Assembly (NCBI GenBank): GCA_021650915.1
Contig: CP091279.1
Location: forward strand, 2,130,001 to 2,162,000
Source of the DNA: Candidatus Brocadia sp.
Lineage (GTDB): Bacteria; Planctomycetota; Brocadiia; Brocadiales; Brocadiaceae
Length of the DNA stretch: 32,000 bases
Direction of reading: 5' to 3'
Positions 29,381 to 32,000 of this stretch are shown here, piece by piece. The notes under the pieces are model-generated. The model was not told the origin of the DNA, did not search any database, and saw only the letters and a program-made list of their open reading frames with translations. The position numbers were made by a program, and so were the translations under genes. Numbering within the stretch: position 1 is the first letter of the stretch; each line of letters begins with the position of its first letter.

Positions 29381-29419
29381 GAGTGTCTTGCAAGGCTTTT
29401 CATGCTTTGCAAGACACTC
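29381..29419 (+). terminator. stem-loop after the KS-like gene (possible terminator, no T-tract)
   Basis: Perfect 13-bp stem GAGTGTCTTGCAA (29381-29393) / TTGCAAGACACTC (29407-29419) with a 13-nt loop, 42 nt after the stop. A smaller hairpin GGCGTG...CACGCC lies at 29340-29359. No U-run follows. Confidence 0.4.
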
Positions 29420-29437
29420 AAGAAAACTAAAAGGAGG

Positions 29438-29546
29438 CTAGTGTAAAGACATATTAGTAACGAAACATATAAATGCTGTTTCGCAGCGCGATATAGCTAA
29501 AATTGTCCACAATATATAATTTGTAATTAATATGTCTGCACACTAG
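29438..29546 (-). mobile_element. 109-bp MITE-like internal-deletion derivative of an IS630-family element
   Basis: Terminal inverted repeats CTAGTGTAAAGACATATTA (29438-29456) and TAATATGTCTGCACACTAG (29528-29546) match in 17 of 19 positions. Both ends align without gaps to the ends of the full IS630 copy at 30051-31217, in inverted orientation. The right end matches the IS left end at 23/26 positions and the left end matches the IS right end at 25/32 (hand alignment). It is bounded by CTAG on both sides. Confidence 0.55.
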
Positions 29547-29632
29547 AGGCTTAATGGGTGACCCCTTTGCTTTCCCAGCTTCAGTGGCTTGTTGGGCGGC
29601 GCCCAGCGAGCGGTACTCTTGAGCCCGAAAGG

Positions 29633-30050
29633 CTAGGTCGGACTGCCGTGTCTCCGCTCAAGTCTCTGAACGTGTTCTACGTCCGTCTCGCCACTGATGG
29701 CAAGGCGCGCAGTCTCAATCCTGCCCACGCAAAACTGCATTCGATTGAGGGACATGATCTCGACAGTGTGTTCGCGCAGGTAGTCAATAAGCCCGGAGAT
29801 ACAAAACACCCTCTGAGGAACCTCTGTCTTGAATTCCGCTTCACCCGTGAAGACGACAACCGACTTGATGGCGCCGGACGGTAGAAAATCAAGGAGGCCT
29901 TGCACCGCCCGAACGTGTCGATCGTTCTGAAATATTGGGTTCTGGAATTTGAACCTGTGGTTGAACAAGACTTGAGTCCATCTCGCCTGCTTCGCGTTGG
30001 CGAAGATCCAACCCTTGTGGTCCTTAGTCTCAACGACGAACACACCGAAC
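29633..30050 (-). pseudogene. NERD (nuclease-related domain) gene fragment, interrupted by IS630 and N-terminally truncated
   Basis: The 136-aa frame FGVFVVETKDHKGWIFANAKQARWTQVLFNHRFKFQNPIFQNDRHVRAVQ fits the NERD core as I remember it. The frame is cut at 30051 by the IS630 end. The region is 58-63% GC by hand count, against about 35% in the adjacent spacer. Confidence 0.65.
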
Positions 30051-30082
30051 CTAGTGTGTTGACAAATTAATTACAATACATT

Positions 30083-30538
30083 ATGCTGTGCTTCATGAGA
30101 CAAGCAAAAATTCAACTTACCGAGGAAGAACGAGCAACCTTGAAGTCATTTCGCTCCAAGGGGCAGCACATGACAAGAGAAGTCAATCGTGCGCATATAT
30201 TATCGGCTTTAGACCAAAATGTGCCTGAAAAACATATTCTGTCTGTTCTGGGTGTTGGCCGCACTGCCATTTGGCGGACACGCTCTGCATATCTTGAGAA
30301 GGGCTTGGATTATGCACTTCACGATGTTGTCAGACCCGGTCAGCCGGTAAAATACGGAACCAACCAACAAGCCGAAGTCGTAGCTTTGGCATGTAGTGCA
30401 CCACCGAAGGGTGCCAGGCGCTGGACAATCGCCTTGTTGACTGAAGCAATAAGGCAACAGCTAAAACTTAGAAAGATTAGTCGTGAAAGTATCCGTCTCT
30501 TTCTAAAAAAAACGACTGTAAGCCGTGGCGGAAATTGA
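30083..30538 (+). CDS. IS630-family transposase, N-terminal HTH part (orfA frame)
   Basis: 151-aa ORF with a helix-turn-helix-like N-terminus (ERATLKSFRSKGQHMTREVNRAHILSAL) and RWTIALLTEAI. It ends 26 nt after an A8 run. Confidence 0.85.
   Translation: MLCFMRQAKIQLTEEERATLKSFRSKGQHMTREVNRAHILSALDQNVPEKHILSVLGVGRTAIWRTRSAYLEKGLDYALHDVVRPGQPVKYGTNQQAEVVALACSAPPKGARRWTIALLTEAIRQQLKLRKISRESIRLFLKKTTVSRGGN
30505..30512 (+). promoter_or_regulatory. A8 run: candidate -1 frameshift / transcriptional slippage site joining orfA and orfB
   Basis: In the orfA frame the sequence reads CTA AAA AAA ACG (an A AAA AAA heptamer). A -1 shift gives ...LKKNDCKPWRKLMWCIGK..., restoring the KPW...WCI junction typical of uninterrupted IS630 transposases. 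The orfB frame is open from 30487. Confidence 0.5.
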
Positions 30539-31197
30539 TGTGGTGTATTGGTAAATTGACTGAGGAATACCGCCAAAGGATGTATGATTTGCTGGAACTC
30601 TACACGAGGTCTTATTGTGAGGACGAGCCAGTGATTTGCGTAGACGAGAAGAGTAAGCAGCTTTTGGAACAACCGCGCCTCTCAATTCCTGCCAGTCCGG
30701 GCAATCCTGTCAAAGAGGACTGCGAGTATAAACGTGCCGGCACCCGTAATATTTTCATGGCAGTTGAACCTAAGGGTGGTTGTAGACAGGTTGAAGTGAC
30801 AACCCGTCGTACCAAGAGAGATTTTGTCCAGTTCATCGGCCATTTGGTAAAAAAAGTCTATGTAAGGGCGCTCAAGATTCATCTGGTGTTGGACAATCTT
30901 AATACTCATTTTCGCAGTAGTTTTGAAGAAATATTGGGTGTTGAAGAAGCAACCCAGATGTTGGAACGAGTAGAATTTCATTATACTCCCAAGCATGCCA
31001 GTTGGCTTAATATGGCTGAAATTGAAATCGGCATCATGGATCGGCAGTGTACTGGGTGCCGAATACCAAACGAACAAACCCTTCGGTCGGAAGTCGCTGC
31101 GTGGACTGACCGACGCAATCAGGCCAAATCAACAATAGATTGGAAGTTTACACGGCAAGATGCTGATCAAAAGCTGTCAAGGCACTATGTTTCGTAA
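30535..31197 (+). CDS. IS630-family transposase, DDE catalytic part (orfB frame)
   Basis: 220-aa ORF in the -1 frame relative to orfA. Candidate DDE residues lie in VICVDEKS, LVLDNLNTH and ASWLNMAEIEIG. Confidence 0.85.
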   Translation: MMWCIGKLTEEYRQRMYDLLELYTRSYCEDEPVICVDEKSKQLLEQPRLSIPASPGNPVKEDCEYKRAGTRNIFMAVEPKGGCRQVEVTTRRTKRDFVQFIGHLVKKVYVRALKIHLVLDNLNTHFRSSFEEILGVEEATQMLERVEFHYTPKHASWLNMAEIEIGIMDRQCTGCRIPNEQTLRSEVAAWTDRRNQAKSTIDWKFTRQDADQKLSRHYVS

Positions 31198-31302
31198 TTA
31201 ATTTGTTGTAATACTAGAGCGGCTCTGCCGCAACCGAAGCTTTAAAACCGTCCTCCAATAGTGTATATTTAATTTTTTGTAACACTTTAGTTCTTTGAAA
31301 AA

Positions 31303-32000
31303 TTAACAAGCGATTTTGCAAGCAAACCCAGAAGGCGTTTTCACCATAAGGGCATTTTTTGCGCTAGCCAGAAGATTTTCCACTGGATTGATTCTTTGTA
31401 ATTCAGCAGAACGAAGCAGAGACATAAGGATGGCCTGTGTCTTAGCGCCATCCTCAGAGCGGTTCTGCTGTGAGACCTTTCTGGTCAATACTGGCTTTCG
31501 CATCTGTTGCTCAGCATGGTTATTATAGGGACTGACATCCTCATGTTCCAGGAACGTAAAGAGTTCCTGTTTATGGCGGTTCAGGCGTTTGGTCAATCTT
31601 TGTGCATCTTTGTGCATCTTTATCCTGGCAGGGTGTTGCCAAAAACTGTTCAAGCCTGCAATACAGTCTATTTTTGAGCCTGAGAAAGCATGCCGGGTTT
31701 ATCTGGTGCTTTTTCTCGGATAGCCGGATGGCATCCCTGAGTAATCGGGAGAGTTTTCTCCTGAAACTTTTCCATGAGACAGAATGGTTGTAGGTGTCTA
31801 CTTTCACGAGTTCCGTAAAGAGATGATAGAAACACCGCTGCTTTGCCAGTGCGCTTGTCTTGTTATAAGCGCCCCAGAAGTCGCAGATCAGGATGCCCTT
31901 GAAGAGTCTGCCTAAGAACCTTTTTATGACAGGCGACCCCCGATTCCGTGTTATAAGGTAGTAGCAGAGGGTTTTGGTGGTAAAACACCATAACCAATGG
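31303..32000 (-). pseudogene. IS66-family transposase, frameshifted, 5' part beyond the window
   Basis: The minus-strand frame entering at 32000 reads ...LWCFTTKTLCYYLITRNRGSPVIKRFLGRLFKGILICDFWGAYNK...KQRCFYHLFTEL (DDE region pattern). The C-terminal frame reads ELFTFLEHEDVSPYNNHAEQQMRKPVLTRKVSQQNRSEDGAKTQAILMSLLRSAELQRINP, the typical IS66 tail. The two frames are offset by a 10-bp duplication. Confidence 0.8.
31601..31620. repeat. 10-bp perfect tandem duplication (TGTGCATCTT x2) causing the IS66 frameshift
   Basis: TGTGCATCTT at 31601-31610 is repeated at 31611-31620. Deleting one copy fuses the frames to ...PCQDKDAQRLTKRLNRHKQELFTF... (translated by hand). Confidence 0.9.

Larger units (their letters stand above)
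30051..31217 (+). mobile_element. complete IS630-family insertion sequence
   Basis: Imperfect terminal IRs: CTAGTGTGTTGACAAATTAATTA (30051-30073) against the reverse complement of TAATTAATTTGTTGTAATACTAG (31195-31217). The IRs share the first 5 and last 12 positions. CTAG is present at both ends, consistent with TA duplication at a CTAG target. Total length is 1167 bp, with a two-frame transposase inside. Confidence 0.85.

Noticed and set aside
29558-30045. Alternative ORFs over the NERD region (29558-29884 on the + strand; 29677-30045 on the - strand in a second frame).
   Set aside because: Multiple open frames are expected in a ~60% GC stretch, and only the 29633-30043 frame has NERD-like motifs.

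Overview
This is a 32-kb, moderately AT-rich, almost fully coding chromosomal segment. All calls were made by eye from motifs; no search was run.

- **1-15.5 kb, housekeeping:** fhs, secA, waaA-metK (4-bp overlap), ahcY and a DUF1015 protein. These are followed by a minus-strand 12-TM protein with DUF1858-like domains at both ends, the ktrB/ktrA K+ uptake genes, and a parA-like ATPase with no parB.
- **15.8-24.6 kb, signalling island:** a periplasmic ABC-type substrate-binding-like protein, a 1395-aa HAMP/GAF/PAS histidine kinase and a REC-PAS-sigma54 AAA+ activator. Next come a stand-alone PAS protein that is a paralogue of one kinase PAS domain, and a DUF2325 protein.
- **24.8-29.3 kb, the most interesting part:** a translationally coupled operon of acpS, a B12-binding radical SAM enzyme, an intact ketosynthase, and a ketosynthase-like partner lacking the catalytic Cys and His. 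This is not canonical FAS II. It resembles the candidate ladderane-lipid clusters proposed for anammox Planctomycetota, which is inference only.
- **29.4-32 kb, IS debris:** a 109-bp IS630-derived MITE, then a GC-rich NERD gene fragment split by a complete IS630-family element (CTAG/TA target, A8 frameshift site). The last feature is an IS66-family transposase pseudogene broken by a 10-bp tandem duplication, which runs off the window.

No rRNA, tRNA or CRISPR array was seen.
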